A DNA stretch of 64,000 nt from assembly GCA_012026655.1 (NCBI GenBank), contig JAAILG010000792.1, positions 1 through 64,000 of the forward strand, in the 5' to 3' direction. The position numbers and the translations under genes are program-made. Below, piece after piece: positions 63,801 through 64,000 of this stretch; the stretch's first letter is position 1; each line of letters begins with the position of its first letter. Source of the DNA: Hydrolagus affinis (Eukaryota). The notes beneath the pieces were generated by a model that saw only the letters and a program-made list of their open reading frames with translations, had not been told where the DNA came from and searched no databases.

Positions 63801-64000
63801 TGACCAGTAATGGAAAACCTACAATTTCTTTCACTGCCTTGTGCTAGGGAAGTTTGTGCGCCTGATTTCTATTTAGTGAGAACCTTTCCCCCGCTCCCCC
63901 TGCATTGATTGCTCATCGCTTGTTGCCCTGAGGTGATCTCGAGAGAGAGATTCTGATGGAACAGGCCCTTTGGCCTTTCTGGCACCAACCTTTCAGAATA

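Noticed and set aside
1-64000. Additional FBXL17 exons or a nested/antisense protein-coding gene
   Set aside because: None recognised by eye or in the ORF track. Short exons below the 60-aa ORF cut-off could have been missed; TBLASTN with FBXL17 would settle it.

Overview
Vertebrate nuclear DNA, most likely a cartilaginous fish (probably a chimaera/elephant-shark-type holocephalan, inferred from the repeat families). The window is almost entirely intronic. One 108-bp phase-0/0 internal exon of the F-box/LRR gene FBXL17 lies on the + strand at 51234-51341. I found no other exon, so the flanking introns appear to be >51 kb upstream and >12.6 kb downstream. The rest is a dense, often nested set of retroposons: L2-clade LINEs ending in (TTG)n, CR1 LINE 3' ends, a young tRNA-headed SINE ending in (ATT)n, older Deu-domain SINEs, and decayed elements resembling LF-SINE and AmnSINE2. 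There are also TA-targeting Tc1/mariner-pogo DNA elements and two assembly gaps. I see no convincing novel protein-coding system. The most notable structures are: (i) two young Tc2-like MITEs in inverted orientation whose intact outer ends bracket a 2.9-kb composite-transposon-like unit; (ii) a ~105-bp non-TE module duplicated 918 bp apart with block-wise conservation of TF-like motifs; (iii) an exact 46-bp copy of an L2 junction flank inserted into a SINE 1.08 kb away; (iv) a Tigger element reduced to its DNA-binding region and nested in a SINE; (v) an 88-bp CCCAG-terminated foldback element with a 2-bp TSD; (vi) a visible shared SINE/LINE 3' stem-loop. Repeat family names come from remembered consensus sequences, not database searches, and most retroposon boundaries are approximate.
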